From the NCBI GenBank assembly GCA_025356085.1, contig JANXUV010000220.1, positions 1 through 63,922 on the forward strand: DNA of 63,922 bases. Reading direction: 5' to 3'. Position numbers and translations under genes: made by a program. The notes beneath the pieces were generated by a model. The model saw only the letters and a program-made list of their open reading frames with translations, searched no databases and was not told the origin of the DNA. Origin of the DNA: Betaproteobacteria bacterium. Its GTDB lineage: Bacteria; Pseudomonadota; Gammaproteobacteria; Burkholderiales; SG8-39. Positions 19,913 to 29,990 of this stretch are shown here, in pieces; the stretch's first letter is position 1, and each line of letters opens with the position of its first letter.

Positions 19913-22636
19913 ATGGAAAACACGCTCCTGCTGGTCGACGGTTCGTCCTACCTGTACCGCGCTTTCCACGCGCTGCCGGAGCTGAAGAGCCCCGCTGGCG
20001 AGCCCTCCGGCGCGATCCACGGCGTGATCAACATGCTGCGGCGGCTCGCCGCCGACTATCCGGCGGCGGCGCGCGCCTGCGTCTTCGACGCCAAGGGAAA
20101 AACCTTCCGTGACGACGCCTATCCGCAGTACAAGGCGAACCGTCCGTCGATGCCGGAAGACCTGGCCGCGCAGATCGAACCGCTGAAGGAAGCGGTGGCT
20201 GCGCTCGGCTGGCCGGTGCTGACAATATCCGGCGTGGAGGCCGACGACGTGATCGCCACGCTCGCCGAGGATGCCAAGCGCGAGGGCTGGAGCTGCATCA
20301 TTTCGACCGGCGACAAGGACCTCGCGCAGCTGGTGGGCGAGCGCGTGACGCTGGTCAACACCATGTCGAACGAGAAACTGGACCCGGACGGCGTGTTGCG
20401 GAAGTTCGGCGTCATGCCGGCGCAGATCGTCGACTACCTCTCGCTCACCGGGGATGCGGTGGACAACGTGCCTGGCGTCGAGAAAGTCGGGCCGAAAACC
20501 GCGGCGAAATGGATCCAGAAATACGGCTCGCTCGACAATGTCATCGCGCATGCGGGCGAGATTCCGGGCGCGGTCGGCGAGCACCTGAGAAAGGCGCTCG
20601 ACTGGCTGCCGAAAGGACGCGAACTGCTGACCGTCAAGCGCGACGTGGAACTGCCGGTGCGCCTGAATGACCTGGGGGCAAAGAACGCCGACGCGCCGAA
20701 ACTGGCTGCTTTTTTCGAGCGCTACGGCATGAAGACGATGCTGCGCGAGATTCAGGGCCATGCGCCCGCATCCGCGCCTGCGTCGGCGCCCGCCGCCGCA
20801 GCGGCTCCGTCGTCTCCCGTTTCATCGCCCGACCGCCGGAAGTACCTTGCGCTCCACGATGAAAAGGAACTCGCCGGTTTTCTGAAGCAGCTGGAGCAGG
20901 CCGGACTGGTCGGCTTCGACACCGAAACCACCGGCCTGGAACCGATGCTGGCGAAGCTGGTCGGCATGTCGTTCGCCTTCGGCGGCACGGCCTGGTACTT
21001 GCCGCTCGCGCATGAGTATCCCGGTGCGCCGGACCAGATGGGCGCCGACAAGGCGCTCACGCTGCTCAGGCCGTGGCTGGAAAGCAGCCGGCACCGCAAG
21101 GTCGGCCAGAACCTCAAGTTCGACGCGCACATCCTCGCCAATCACGGCGTCGCGCTGGGCGGCATCGCGCACGACACGCTGCTGGAATCCTATGTCTACG
21201 AAGTGCACGAGCGCCACGACATGGACACGCTTGCGCAGCGCCACCTGGGCTGGAAAACCATCACCTACGACGAAGTCACCGGCAAGGGCGCCAACAGGAT
21301 CCCGTTCTCCGGAGTGGAAATCGCGCGCGCGACTGAATACGCCGCCGAGGATGCGGATTGCACGCTGGCGATTCATGATGTCCTGTTCGAGAAAATTTCC
21401 GCAGACGAAAAATTGAAATACGTGTACGAGCGCATCGAGATGCCGGCGATGCCGGTGTTGATGAAGATGGAGCGCAATGGCGTGCTGATCGACGGCGCGA
21501 AGCTGGACGCGCAGAGCCACGAGCTCGGCAAGGAAATGCTGGAGATCGAGCAGAAGGCCTACGAGGCAGCCGGCCAGCCGTTCAACCTGAGCTCGCCCAA
21601 GCAGCTCGGCGAGATCCTGTTCGACAAGCAGAAGCTGCCGGTCAAGAAGAAAACACCGAAGGGCCAGCCTTCGACCGATGAAGATGTGCTGGCCGAACTC
21701 GCGCTCGACTATCCGCTGCCCAAGCTGCTGCTGGAATACCGCGGCCTGGCCAAGCTCAAGTCCACCTACACCGACAAGCTGCCGCGCATGGTCGATCCGA
21801 ACACCGGCCGCGTGCATACCACCTACTCGCAAGCGACCGCGGTTACCGGGCGCCTTGCCTCCAACGATCCCAACCTGCAGAACATTCCGATCCGCACGCC
21901 GCAGGGGCGGCGCATCCGCGAGGCGTTCATCGCCCCGCCCGGCAGCCGGATCATTTCCGCCGACTATTCACAGATCGAGCTGCGCATCATGGCGCACCTG
22001 TCGGCCGACAAGGGCCTGCGCCACGCCTTCGAGCACGGCCACGACGTGCACCAGGCCACCGCCGCCGAAGTGTTCGGCGTGCCGCTGGAGAAAGTCAGCA
22101 AGGACGAGCGCCGCACAGCCAAGGTGATCAACTTCGGCCTGATCTACGGCATGAGCGCCTTCGGCCTGGCGCAGAACCTGGGCCTTGAGCGCGCCACCGC
22201 GCAGGCCTACATCGAGTCCTACTTCAACCGCTATCCCGGCGTGAAAAGCTTCATGGACAAGACGCGGGAAATGGCGCGCTCGCTCGGCTATGTCGAAACC
22301 GTATTCGGCCGCCGCCTGCGGCTGCCGGAGATCAATTCAGGCTCGCCCGCACGCCGCCAGGGCGCCGAACGCGCCGCGATCAACGCGCCGATGCAGGGCA
22401 CCGCCGCCGACCTGATCAAACTGGCGATGGTTTCAGTTCAAAATTTCCTCGACTCTTCCAATCTACAGACAAAACTCATCATGCAAGTACACGATGAACT
22501 TGTGCTGGAAGTTCCCGAAAAAGAGCTCGAGACAGTGAAAGAGAAAGTCCGCGAACTGATGCAGAACGTCGCCAAACTCGAGGTCCCGCTGATCGTCGAC
22601 GTCGGTGTCGGCGAAAACTGGGACCAGGCCCACTAA
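19913..22636 (+). CDS. polA: DNA polymerase I
   Basis: 907 aa with 5'-nuclease, 3'-5' exonuclease and polymerase domains (motifs DYSQIELR, RRTAKVINFGLIYG, QVHDELVLE). Confidence 0.97.
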   Translation: MENTLLLVDGSSYLYRAFHALPELKSPAGEPSGAIHGVINMLRRLAADYPAAARACVFDAKGKTFRDDAYPQYKANRPSMPEDLAAQIEPLKEAVAALGWPVLTISGVEADDVIATLAEDAKREGWSCIISTGDKDLAQLVGERVTLVNTMSNEKLDPDGVLRKFGVMPAQIVDYLSLTGDAVDNVPGVEKVGPKTAAKWIQKYGSLDNVIAHAGEIPGAVGEHLRKALDWLPKGRELLTVKRDVELPVRLNDLGAKNADAPKLAAFFERYGMKTMLREIQGHAPASAPASAPAAAAAPSSPVSSPDRRKYLALHDEKELAGFLKQLEQAGLVGFDTETTGLEPMLAKLVGMSFAFGGTAWYLPLAHEYPGAPDQMGADKALTLLRPWLESSRHRKVGQNLKFDAHILANHGVALGGIAHDTLLESYVYEVHERHDMDTLAQRHLGWKTITYDEVTGKGANRIPFSGVEIARATEYAAEDADCTLAIHDVLFEKISADEKLKYVYERIEMPAMPVLMKMERNGVLIDGAKLDAQSHELGKEMLEIEQKAYEAAGQPFNLSSPKQLGEILFDKQKLPVKKKTPKGQPSTDEDVLAELALDYPLPKLLLEYRGLAKLKSTYTDKLPRMVDPNTGRVHTTYSQATAVTGRLASNDPNLQNIPIRTPQGRRIREAFIAPPGSRIISADYSQIELRIMAHLSADKGLRHAFEHGHDVHQATAAEVFGVPLEKVSKDERRTAKVINFGLIYGMSAFGLAQNLGLERATAQAYIESYFNRYPGVKSFMDKTREMARSLGYVETVFGRRLRLPEINSGSPARRQGAERAAINAPMQGTAADLIKLAMVSVQNFLDSSNLQTKLIMQVHDELVLEVPEKELETVKEKVRELMQNVAKLEVPLIVDVGVGENWDQAH

Positions 22637-22655
22637 CAACGCATAAAGGATTCCA

Positions 22656-23216
22656 ATGAACATGTTTCAAGCAGTTTTTTCCGTCCTTGCGCTTTCCATA
22701 TCTAGCGCCGCCTGGGCGGGCCCGATACCCGCGACGCAGGAATCGGCAATGGGTTTAAACAGTTTCGATCTGCCGGCGGAACAGACGGGGTCTTTTGAAG
22801 TGTCTTTCGACGCCACGCCGCTGGCCGACAAGATTGATGTCTTCACGGGGATCTCGGCGGCGGCGCCCGGATCAGCCTCCGATGTGTCCGTCATCGTGCG
22901 TTTCAACGATTCGGGAATGATCGACGCGCGCAATGGCGGCTCTTTCCGGGCCGATCAGGCGCTCGGCTATTCGTCCAACAAAGTCTATCGCGTGCGAATG
23001 GTCATCGACGTCGCAAGCAGGACGTACTCGGTTTTCGTAACTCCCGCGGGCCAGCCGGAAGTTCCATTGGCCAAAAACTTTGCTTTCAGGACTCAACGGA
23101 TCGACGTCAAATCCCTGACGAAGATGGTTCTGGCGGGCTTCAAGGGTCCGGACGGTTATTTCAAGGGTGCGCATCGCGTTACCGGCGTCTCGGTAAAAGC
23201 GGTTTCCGCCCCATAG
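22656..23216 (+). CDS. hypothetical secreted protein (possibly a lectin/jelly-roll-like fold)
   Basis: 186 aa. Signal peptide MNMFQAVFSVLALSISSAAWA. AAAGGA RBS 19 nt after the polA stop. No family recognised with confidence. GC is lower than in the flanks. Confidence 0.55.
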   Translation: MNMFQAVFSVLALSISSAAWAGPIPATQESAMGLNSFDLPAEQTGSFEVSFDATPLADKIDVFTGISAAAPGSASDVSVIVRFNDSGMIDARNGGSFRADQALGYSSNKVYRVRMVIDVASRTYSVFVTPAGQPEVPLAKNFAFRTQRIDVKSLTKMVLAGFKGPDGYFKGAHRVTGVSVKAVSAP

Positions 23217-23226
23217 CAAAACGCGC

Positions 23227-24195
23227 TCAGTCGATCTTCGCGCCTGAGCGCCGCACTACTTCGCCCCAGCGCGCCGCATCCCGGCGGATGGTATCGGCGA
23301 ACTCTTCCGGCGTGCCACCCGCCGGCTCGTCGCCGATGAGGGCGAAGCGCTCGACAAACAGCGGGGAACGGATCGCCTCATTGACCGCGGCATTTAGCTT
23401 CTCCACGACCGGCCGCGGCATGCCGGCCGGGCCGATCACGCCGCTCCACGTACTCGCCTCGTAGCCGGGAACGCCCGCTTCGGCGATGGTGGGCAGCTCC
23501 GGAAACGCGGGCGAGCGCCTGGCGCCGCTCACCGCAAGCGCTCTCACCTTGCCCGAGCGCGCGTAGGGCGAGATGGAATTCAGGCTTTCCCACATCAGCT
23601 GCACATGTCCCGCGATCAGGTCGTTGATCGCCATGGCGCCGCCCTTGTAGGGAGCATGGACGATATCGGCACCTGTCATGGTTTTGAAGAGTTCGCCGGC
23701 GACGTGCCCTGGCGAGCCGTTGCTGGAGGAGGCATTGACCAGCATGCCCGGGTTTTTCTTCGCGTAGCTGATCAGTTCCTTCACGGATTTCACCGGCAGC
23801 GAAGGGGATACCGCCAGCATCATGTTGCCGCGTGCGACGAGTGCGATCGGCTGCAGGTCGCGCTCAATGTCGTAGGGCAGCTTCGCCACCATGTGCCGAG
23901 TGATCGCCAGCGCGCCGATCGGGCCCATGCCGATGGTGTAGCCGTCGGGCGCCGCCTTGGCGACGGCGTCGATGCCGATGGTGAGCGCACCGCCGGGCTT
24001 GTTCTCCACGATCACGGCCTGCCCCAGCGGCCGGGACATTTCCGGCGCCAGAATCCGCGCCACCGCATCGGTCGCGCTGCCGGCCGCCTGGGGGACGACG
24101 AGCCGGAGCGCGCGATCCGGATACTGCGCGGCGGCGCAGGAAGTGAAAAGAGCGGCTGCGCCCGCGAGCAGCAGGCCGGCAGCCGCGTGCTTCAT
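23227..24195 (-). CDS. Bug family tripartite tricarboxylate transporter substrate-binding protein (TctC-like)
   Basis: 322 aa. Signal peptide plus the typical Bug pattern (YPDRALRLVVPQAAGSATD...VENKPGGA...). Confidence 0.9.
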   Translation of the reverse strand: MKHAAAGLLLAGAAALFTSCAAAQYPDRALRLVVPQAAGSATDAVARILAPEMSRPLGQAVIVENKPGGALTIGIDAVAKAAPDGYTIGMGPIGALAITRHMVAKLPYDIERDLQPIALVARGNMMLAVSPSLPVKSVKELISYAKKNPGMLVNASSSNGSPGHVAGELFKTMTGADIVHAPYKGGAMAINDLIAGHVQLMWESLNSISPYARSGKVRALAVSGARRSPAFPELPTIAEAGVPGYEASTWSGVIGPAGMPRPVVEKLNAAVNEAIRSPLFVERFALIGDEPAGGTPEEFADTIRRDAARWGEVVRRSGAKID

Positions 24196-24196
24196 G

Positions 24197-24511
24197 TCAG
24201 CCCTTCAGGCAGCCGCTCATGAACTTCTTGCGATCGTCGCCCTTCTTGCCTTCCGCCTGCTTGTTGCAGTCCTTCATCTTGTTCTGCTGCGCCTTCTGCT
24301 TGTCGGAGGCGCCGGGCTGCTCGCCCTTGAGACAGGAGCTCATCGCCTTCTTGCGGTCGTCGCCTTTCTTGTCGCCCATCTTCGCGTTGCAATCCTTCAT
24401 GCGTTCCTGCTGCGCCTTCTGCTTTTCGCTCGGTTCCTTCTTGGCCTTGTCCTGCGCCAGCACCGGGCCGGCGAGGAAGGCACAGCACAGCAATGCAATG
24501 AGTTTCTTCAT
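24197..24511 (-). CDS. PsiF-repeat exported protein
   Basis: 104 aa with a signal peptide. Contains two copies of KQKAQQxxMKDCNxxxxxKKGDDRKKxMSxCLKG. Confidence 0.8.
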   Translation of the reverse strand: MKKLIALLCCAFLAGPVLAQDKAKKEPSEKQKAQQERMKDCNAKMGDKKGDDRKKAMSSCLKGEQPGASDKQKAQQNKMKDCNKQAEGKKGDDRKKFMSGCLKG

Positions 24512-24542
24512 GGTTGTCTCCCGTTGGGTTGAGTCCTGGAAC

Positions 24543-25223
24543 CTATTTCTGCAATGCGCCGAACACCTTCTTGATGATGTCGCTGCCCGCCTTCACCGGA
24601 TCCTGGCGGATCTTCTTTTCCTCCTCGGCGACCATGTAGAACAGGCCGTCGAGCGCCTTCTGCGTCACGTAGTCGTCCAGGTTGGCCTGCTCCTTCTTCA
24701 CCAGGCCGAACTGCACGCCCTTCTGCGCGTACTGGTTGTACTTCTCCGCGAGCTTCACCTTGGCGGTGGCTTTCTTGACGATCGGCATGAAGCGCTCGCG
24801 CAGCTGGTCGGTAGTGCTGCGCTTGAAGTAATCGGTGCCCGAGGTCGGGCCGCCGGTGAGCACGCCCTTGGCGTCCTGCACGCTCATTTTCTTGATTGAA
24901 TCCGTGAACAGCTTCTTCGCCTCCGGCACGGCGGCCTCGGCGGCGCGGTTCATGGTCAGCACCAGTTCGTCGGCGTATTTGCCCATGCCCACGCTGTGCA
25001 TCAGCTTCTCGTACTTCTTCAGCGAGTCTGGCAGCGGGATCTTCACCGCCCCGTTGCCGAAGAAGCCGTCGGTCTTGCCGAGCAGGTCGACCGCGGCACC
25101 GGCGCCCTTCTCGAGCGCCGCCTTGAGGCCGGAAGACGCATCCTGGTTGGTCAGTGCATCCAGGTTCGCCTGGGCGTGCAGGGTCCAGGAAAGCAACAGT
25201 ACGGCAATCGTGCGCATGAGCAT
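24543..25223 (-). CDS. DUF4197 domain-containing exported protein
   Basis: LTNQDASSGLKAALEKGAGAAVDLLGKTDGFFGNGAVKIPLP is typical of DUF4197. ATG 25223 has AGGAGA 6 nt upstream and is preferred over 25238. Confidence 0.78.
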   Translation of the reverse strand: MLMRTIAVLLLSWTLHAQANLDALTNQDASSGLKAALEKGAGAAVDLLGKTDGFFGNGAVKIPLPDSLKKYEKLMHSVGMGKYADELVLTMNRAAEAAVPEAKKLFTDSIKKMSVQDAKGVLTGGPTSGTDYFKRSTTDQLRERFMPIVKKATAKVKLAEKYNQYAQKGVQFGLVKKEQANLDDYVTQKALDGLFYMVAEEEKKIRQDPVKAGSDIIKKVFGALQK

Positions 25224-25237
25224 GGCTTCTCTCCTCA

Positions 25238-26188
25238 TCAGACGCTGGCGCTGTGGGCCTGCTGGTCCGCATGGTACGACGAACGCACCAGCGGGCCGAC
25301 CGCCGCGTGGCGGAAGCCCATCGCCGCGGCTTCGCGCTCGAGCATCGCGAAAGTGTCCGGAGTTACGTAGCGCTCCACCGGCAGGTGGTGGGGCGAAGGC
25401 GCGAGGTATTGGCCGATGGTCAGCATGGCCACGCCGTTCGCGCGCAGGTCGCGCATCACGGCGAGGATTTCGTCGTCGGTCTCGCCCAAGCCGACCATGA
25501 GGCCGGACTTGGTTGGTATTTCCGGATTGTTTTTCCCGTAAAAATCGAACAATTTGAGCGAATGCGCGTAATCGCCGCCGGGGCGCGCGCGCCCGTACAG
25601 GCGCGGCACGGTTTCAAGATTGTGGTTCATCACATCCGGCGGCGCCGCCGCCAGCACTTCCAGCGCGCGCTCCAGGCGGCCGCGGAAATCCGGCACCAGC
25701 ACTTCGACCGACGTTCGCGGCGACTTCGCGCGCACCGCGCGGATGCAATCCACGAAATGCTGCGCGCCGCCGTCCTTCAGGTCGTCGCGGTCGACGCTCG
25801 TGATCACCACGTAGCGCAGCTTGAGGCGCACGATGGTCTCGGCCAGGTGCGCCGGTTCCTCGGGATCGGGCGCGAGCGGCCGGCCGTGCGCGACATCGCA
25901 GAACGGGCAGCGGCGCGTGCAGATATCGCCCAGAATCATGAAGGTCGCGGTGCCGTTGCCGAAACACTCGGCGATGTTCGGGCAGGAAGCTTCCTCGCAG
26001 ACAGTGTGCAGGCGTTGCTCGCGCAAAATCTGCTTGATCTCGGTGAAGCGCGAATTCGCGCCGGGCGCTTTCACACGGATCCACGCCGGCTTGGGCAGCG
26101 CTTCGCGCGGCATGATCTTGATGGCGTATTTTTCGAGTGTGCGCGCGGTCTTCTTTTCGCCCTTCTCCTTGACGCCCGCTTCACGCAT
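25238..26188 (-). CDS. lipA: lipoyl synthase
   Basis: Radical-SAM CxxxCxxC (CTRRCPFC) plus the N-terminal cluster motif [12 protein letters not shown]. Confidence 0.96.
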   Translation of the reverse strand: MREAGVKEKGEKKTARTLEKYAIKIMPREALPKPAWIRVKAPGANSRFTEIKQILREQRLHTVCEEASCPNIAECFGNGTATFMILGDICTRRCPFCDVAHGRPLAPDPEEPAHLAETIVRLKLRYVVITSVDRDDLKDGGAQHFVDCIRAVRAKSPRTSVEVLVPDFRGRLERALEVLAAAPPDVMNHNLETVPRLYGRARPGGDYAHSLKLFDFYGKNNPEIPTKSGLMVGLGETDDEILAVMRDLRANGVAMLTIGQYLAPSPHHLPVERYVTPDTFAMLEREAAAMGFRHAAVGPLVRSSYHADQQAHSASV

Positions 26189-26798
26189 GGTCGAGCCTCG
26201 CGATCAGAAGTTCCGCGAGGCGGGAGCCCGCCGTTGCCACCGAGAAATCAAAACCGAGATCGCTCGTCTGCGTCACCTTGAGGCCGGGATAACCGCAGGG
26301 ATCAATCGCATCGAACGGAGCGAGATCCATGTCGACGTTCAGCGCCAAGCCGTGGAACGCACAGCCGCGCGACACGCGAATGCCAATTGCCGCGACCTTG
26401 GCTCCATCGACATAGACGCCGGGTGCGCCCGCTCTGCGTTCGGCGCGGCCCCCGAGCAGCTCGATGATCGACTGTTCGAGCATCGAAACGAACTGCTTCA
26501 CCTTGATGCCGCGGCGCGCGAGATCCACCAGCGTATACAGCACCACCTGGCCGGGACCGTGATAGGTGACTTCGCCGCCGCGCTCGACCCGCACCACCTG
26601 GATGTCCGAAGCTGTTTTCGGCCCATGCGCCGGGTCGGCGGCGAGCCCCAGCGTGTACACCGGCGGATGCTCCAGCAGCCAGATTTCGTCGGGCGTCGAT
26701 GCGCAGCGCTTCGCGTTGAAGTCGCGCATGGCTTCGACAGTGGGCAGATACTCGACGCAGCCCAGATTTCTCGCCAGGATTTTTTCCGCGACCAGCAT
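26181..26798 (-). CDS. lipB: lipoyl(octanoyl) transferase
   Basis: ...HPPVYTLG...[12 protein letters not shown]...KVAAIG... are LipB motifs. ATG 26798 overlaps the ybeD stop (TGATG). 8-nt overlap with lipA. Confidence 0.9.
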   Translation of the reverse strand: MLVAEKILARNLGCVEYLPTVEAMRDFNAKRCASTPDEIWLLEHPPVYTLGLAADPAHGPKTASDIQVVRVERGGEVTYHGPGQVVLYTLVDLARRGIKVKQFVSMLEQSIIELLGGRAERRAGAPGVYVDGAKVAAIGIRVSRGCAFHGLALNVDMDLAPFDAIDPCGYPGLKVTQTSDLGFDFSVATAGSRLAELLIARLDHA

Positions 26799-27112
26799 CA
26801 CAGCACCATCACCACGGAAGGGTGGTCGCAAAGCTCCCGGTAAAGCGCATCAAGCTGCTCGCGCGACGTGGCATTGATGGTGGCGGTGAGACTGATGTAC
26901 TTGCCTTCGCGGCTGGGGCGGGTTTCGATGGTGCCCGGCATGAAATCGGGCGCGTGCCGCAGCACGATCTCGATCACGGCCGTGGCGAAGCCGCTCTCCC
27001 GACGCCCCATGATCTTGATCGGGAACGCGGTAGGAAAGGCGAGCGCGGTCGCTGCTTCCAGCGACTTTTCCTCCGCGACCGGATCAGGCGGCTTGTCTTT
27101 CCTTTCCGGCAC
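26798..27112 (-). CDS. ybeD: YbeD/DUF493 family protein
   Basis: AFPTAFPIKIMGRRESGF...ISLTATINATSREQLDALYREL. Conserved dacC-dat-ybeD-lipB-lipA context. The start is uncertain (GTG 27112 or GTG 27079). Confidence 0.75.
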   Translation of the reverse strand: MPERKDKPPDPVAEEKSLEAATALAFPTAFPIKIMGRRESGFATAVIEIVLRHAPDFMPGTIETRPSREGKYISLTATINATSREQLDALYRELCDHPSVVMVL

Positions 27113-27950
27113 GCATGACCTTCCGCTTGAACTCCTGGTACAACCCGTACATCTTGTGGAATACGGGCCCCGGTTTGCCGTCGCCGACGGGCTTGCCGTC
27201 CAGCTTTACGATCGCCAGCACTTCCTTGGACGAGGAGGTGACCCAGATCTCGTCCGCGCCGCGCACCTCGGCTTCGCTCACGTCACGAAATTCGAACGGC
27301 AGGCTTGCTCCCTGCGCGAGCTCCACCACCACGTCGTAGGTAATGCCGGGCAGGATCAGGTTCGACTTGGGCGGCGACAGGATCACGCCGCGCCGGACCA
27401 CGAAAACGTTCGAGGCCGAGGCCTCGGTAAGCTTGCCGTCTCGGAACAGGATGGTTTCGACCGCGCCCGCATCGGCCGACACCTGGCGCAGCAGGCAGTT
27501 GCCGATCAGCGAGATGGACTTGATATCGCAGTGGTGCCAGCGGTCGTCGACCGCCGTCACGGCGGTGGCGCCGCTTTCGACCAGCGCCCGCGGCGGGCTG
27601 GTCAGCGGGTTGGACATCAGGAACACCGTCGGAGCAACGTCCTTCGGGAACGCGTGGTCGCGCCTGGCCACGCCGCGCGTCACCTGGAAGTAAACGCCCT
27701 GGTCTTCGAACGGCTGCTTCGCCACCAGTTGCAGGATGATGTCGCACCATTCGGCGCGGCTATAGGGATTGCGAATGCGCACCGCGGCAAGGCTGCGCTC
27801 GAGGCGCGCCAGATGCTCGTCAATGCGGAACGGCACGCGCGAATACACCGGCACCAGTTCGTAGACGCCGTCGCCGAAGATGAAGCCGCGGTCGAGCACC
27901 GGCACCCGCGCCTCTTCGATCGGCATGAACTTTCCGTTCAGAAAAATCAT
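27084..27950 (-). CDS. dat: D-amino-acid (class IV) aminotransferase
   Basis: 288 aa. Fold-type IV PLP enzyme pattern (PVLDRGFIFGDGVYE...; catalytic Lys region). GAGGAG RBS. Confidence 0.82.
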   Translation of the reverse strand: MIFLNGKFMPIEEARVPVLDRGFIFGDGVYELVPVYSRVPFRIDEHLARLERSLAAVRIRNPYSRAEWCDIILQLVAKQPFEDQGVYFQVTRGVARRDHAFPKDVAPTVFLMSNPLTSPPRALVESGATAVTAVDDRWHHCDIKSISLIGNCLLRQVSADAGAVETILFRDGKLTEASASNVFVVRRGVILSPPKSNLILPGITYDVVVELAQGASLPFEFRDVSEAEVRGADEIWVTSSSKEVLAIVKLDGKPVGDGKPGPVFHKMYGLYQEFKRKVMRAGKERQAA

Positions 27951-27960
27951 GCACTCCTCG

Positions 27961-29079
27961 CTACTTCAGCCACAGTCTCAGTGTATCCCAGGCCCGTCCG
28001 AAAAATCCCGCTTCGGGCACGGCTTCCAGAGCCACCACGGGATATTCCCCCAACGGCTTGCCATCGAGCGTGACGCGCAGGTTGCCAACGCGCGCGCCTT
28101 CGGCGACCGGCGCCAGCAGCGGCGACAAGGACAGCAGCTCGGCCTTCAGTTTCTCGCCCTGCCCCTTCGGCACAGCCACCACCAGATCGCTGCGGAATCC
28201 CGCTTTCAGCGTGGATTTCGCGCCCTTCCAGATTTCGATCTCCTTCACTGCCGCGCCGCCGCCATACAGGCGCACCGCGTCGAAGAACTGAAAACCCCAG
28301 TTCAGCAGTCTCTGCGATTCCTGAGCGCGCATGCTCTCGGAGGTCGAGCCGAGCAGCACCGAGAGCAGGCGCCGCGGACCGCGCTTGGAGGACGCCACCA
28401 GGCAATAGCCGGCCGCTTCGGTAAAGCCGGTCTTCATGCCGTCCACAGTGCCGTCCAGCCACAGCAGGCGGTTGCGGTTCGGCTGCGTGATGCCGTTGTA
28501 GCGGTATTCGCGCAGCGAGTAGTACTGCGCGTACTGCTCCGGAAAATCGCGGATCAGCGCCGAGGCGAGCAGGTAAAGGTCGCGCGCGCTCGAGTAGTGC
28601 TGCGGATCGGGCAGGCCCGAGGAATTCATGAATTTTGAATTCTTCATGCCCAACCGCTCCGCCTCGCGGTTCATCATCCCGGCGAAGGCTTCCTCGGAGC
28701 CGGCGATGCGCTCGGCAAGCGCAATGCAGGCGTCGTTGCCTGACTGCACGATCATGCCGCGGATCAACTCATCGGCGGTGACCGGCCGCTTGGGCTCGAT
28801 GAACATGCGCGAGCCCGGCGCACGCCAGGCTTTATCCGAAACGCTCACCGTCTGGTCGAGCGCCAGCTTCTTTTCCTTCAGCGCGGCAAACACCACGTAC
28901 GCCGTCATGATCTTGGTGAGCGAAGCCGGCTCGAAGCGCTCGTCCGGCTTCTCGGCGGCGAGGATCTGCCCGCTGGAGACGTCCGCCAGCACCCAGGCGC
29001 GCCCGATAACCTGCGGGGGCGTCTGCGCCAGCGCAAGCAAAGGCAAAAAGAGAATCAACGCAAAAAATCGTCTCAGCAT
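27961..29079 (-). CDS. D-alanyl-D-alanine carboxypeptidase (PBP5/6, S11 family)
   Basis: Signal peptide, then SxxK (ASLTK), SGN and KTG motifs. Confidence 0.92.
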   Translation of the reverse strand: MLRRFFALILFLPLLALAQTPPQVIGRAWVLADVSSGQILAAEKPDERFEPASLTKIMTAYVVFAALKEKKLALDQTVSVSDKAWRAPGSRMFIEPKRPVTADELIRGMIVQSGNDACIALAERIAGSEEAFAGMMNREAERLGMKNSKFMNSSGLPDPQHYSSARDLYLLASALIRDFPEQYAQYYSLREYRYNGITQPNRNRLLWLDGTVDGMKTGFTEAAGYCLVASSKRGPRRLLSVLLGSTSESMRAQESQRLLNWGFQFFDAVRLYGGGAAVKEIEIWKGAKSTLKAGFRSDLVVAVPKGQGEKLKAELLSLSPLLAPVAEGARVGNLRVTLDGKPLGEYPVVALEAVPEAGFFGRAWDTLRLWLK

Positions 29080-29117
29080 CGGAATTCGCAGCGCAAAGGG
29101 CCGCGATTATATAGCGG

Positions 29118-29990
29118 CTACTTGCTTACGATCACCGGCCTTAGGGAGAGTTCCGCCTGAATCCGGTCGGCAACCGGGCGCGCCTCGTCCAGCGAGCGGT
29201 ACGGCCCGAGATGCAGGCGGTAGAACGTGCCCGCCGGGACGATCTGGATGGTGTCGGACAGCCAGGCGAGGTCCCGGTAGATGCGCACGCGGAAGTTGTC
29301 GGCGCCTTCCTGCGAAGAAAATGCCCCGAGTTGCAGATAGACGCCCTTCGCTTCTGCAGCGACCGTCGCCGAAGGCACTGGTGCCGGCGCGAACGCAGGC
29401 GTGGCAGCGGCGGCCGGCACCGGCCGTCCCGGCAGGATGCTTTCCAGCTCAACGCGCGCGCTGCCCGCGTCCACGTAGCCCAGCTTCCAGGCCGCCACGT
29501 AGGACAGATCGACTATTCGGTCGGCGAGGAAAGGGCCGCGGTCGTTCACACGCACCACGACGCTGCGGCCGTTGGCCGGATTGGTGACGCGCGCGTAGCT
29601 GGGGATCGGCAGCGTCGGATGCGCCGCGGTCATTGCGTACATGTCGTAGATCTCGCCGCTGGAGGTTTTTGCGCCGTGATAGCGCCGGCCGTACCAGCTG
29701 CCGATCCCGCTCTGACGGAACGGCGCGGGCTGCGTCATCGGCACGTAGTCCCGGCCGAGCGCCTGGTAGGGGCGGTTGGCGAAACGGTTGAGCGGTTCGG
29801 CCTTCGGTATCGCATCCGGGATCGCGGCAAGATTCGCGGGCGCGTTTGCGCCCGGTCCGTCGTCCTTGTAGTAGGCGCCCTTGCCCGGCGTGGAAGCCGG
29901 AGCAGACGAAACGAGGGAGACAGGCTCATGGCGCGGCGAGCTTGCGCAACCCGCGACTGCAAGCATGAGCGCTAGTGCAAGGGGCCTCAC
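29118..29990 (-). CDS. rlpA: septal ring lytic transglycosylase RlpA (lipoprotein with a SPOR domain)
   Basis: Lipobox LAVAGC, DPBB domain (GIGSWYGRRYHGAKTSSGEIYD...VRVNDRGPF) and C-terminal SPOR (VYLQLGAFSSQEGA). GTG start at 29990 overlaps the pyrC' stop (GTGA). Trimmed from ORF 29118..30251. Confidence 0.85.
   Translation of the reverse strand: MRPLALALMLAVAGCASSPRHEPVSLVSSAPASTPGKGAYYKDDGPGANAPANLAAIPDAIPKAEPLNRFANRPYQALGRDYVPMTQPAPFRQSGIGSWYGRRYHGAKTSSGEIYDMYAMTAAHPTLPIPSYARVTNPANGRSVVVRVNDRGPFLADRIVDLSYVAAWKLGYVDAGSARVELESILPGRPVPAAAATPAFAPAPVPSATVAAEAKGVYLQLGAFSSQEGADNFRVRIYRDLAWLSDTIQIVPAGTFYRLHLGPYRSLDEARPVADRIQAELSLRPVIVSK

Noticed and set aside
24197-24511. Internal direct repeat in the DNA of the small exported protein gene
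   Set aside because: It is explained by the two PsiF protein repeats in one ORF. It is not a CRISPR-like or regulatory repeat.
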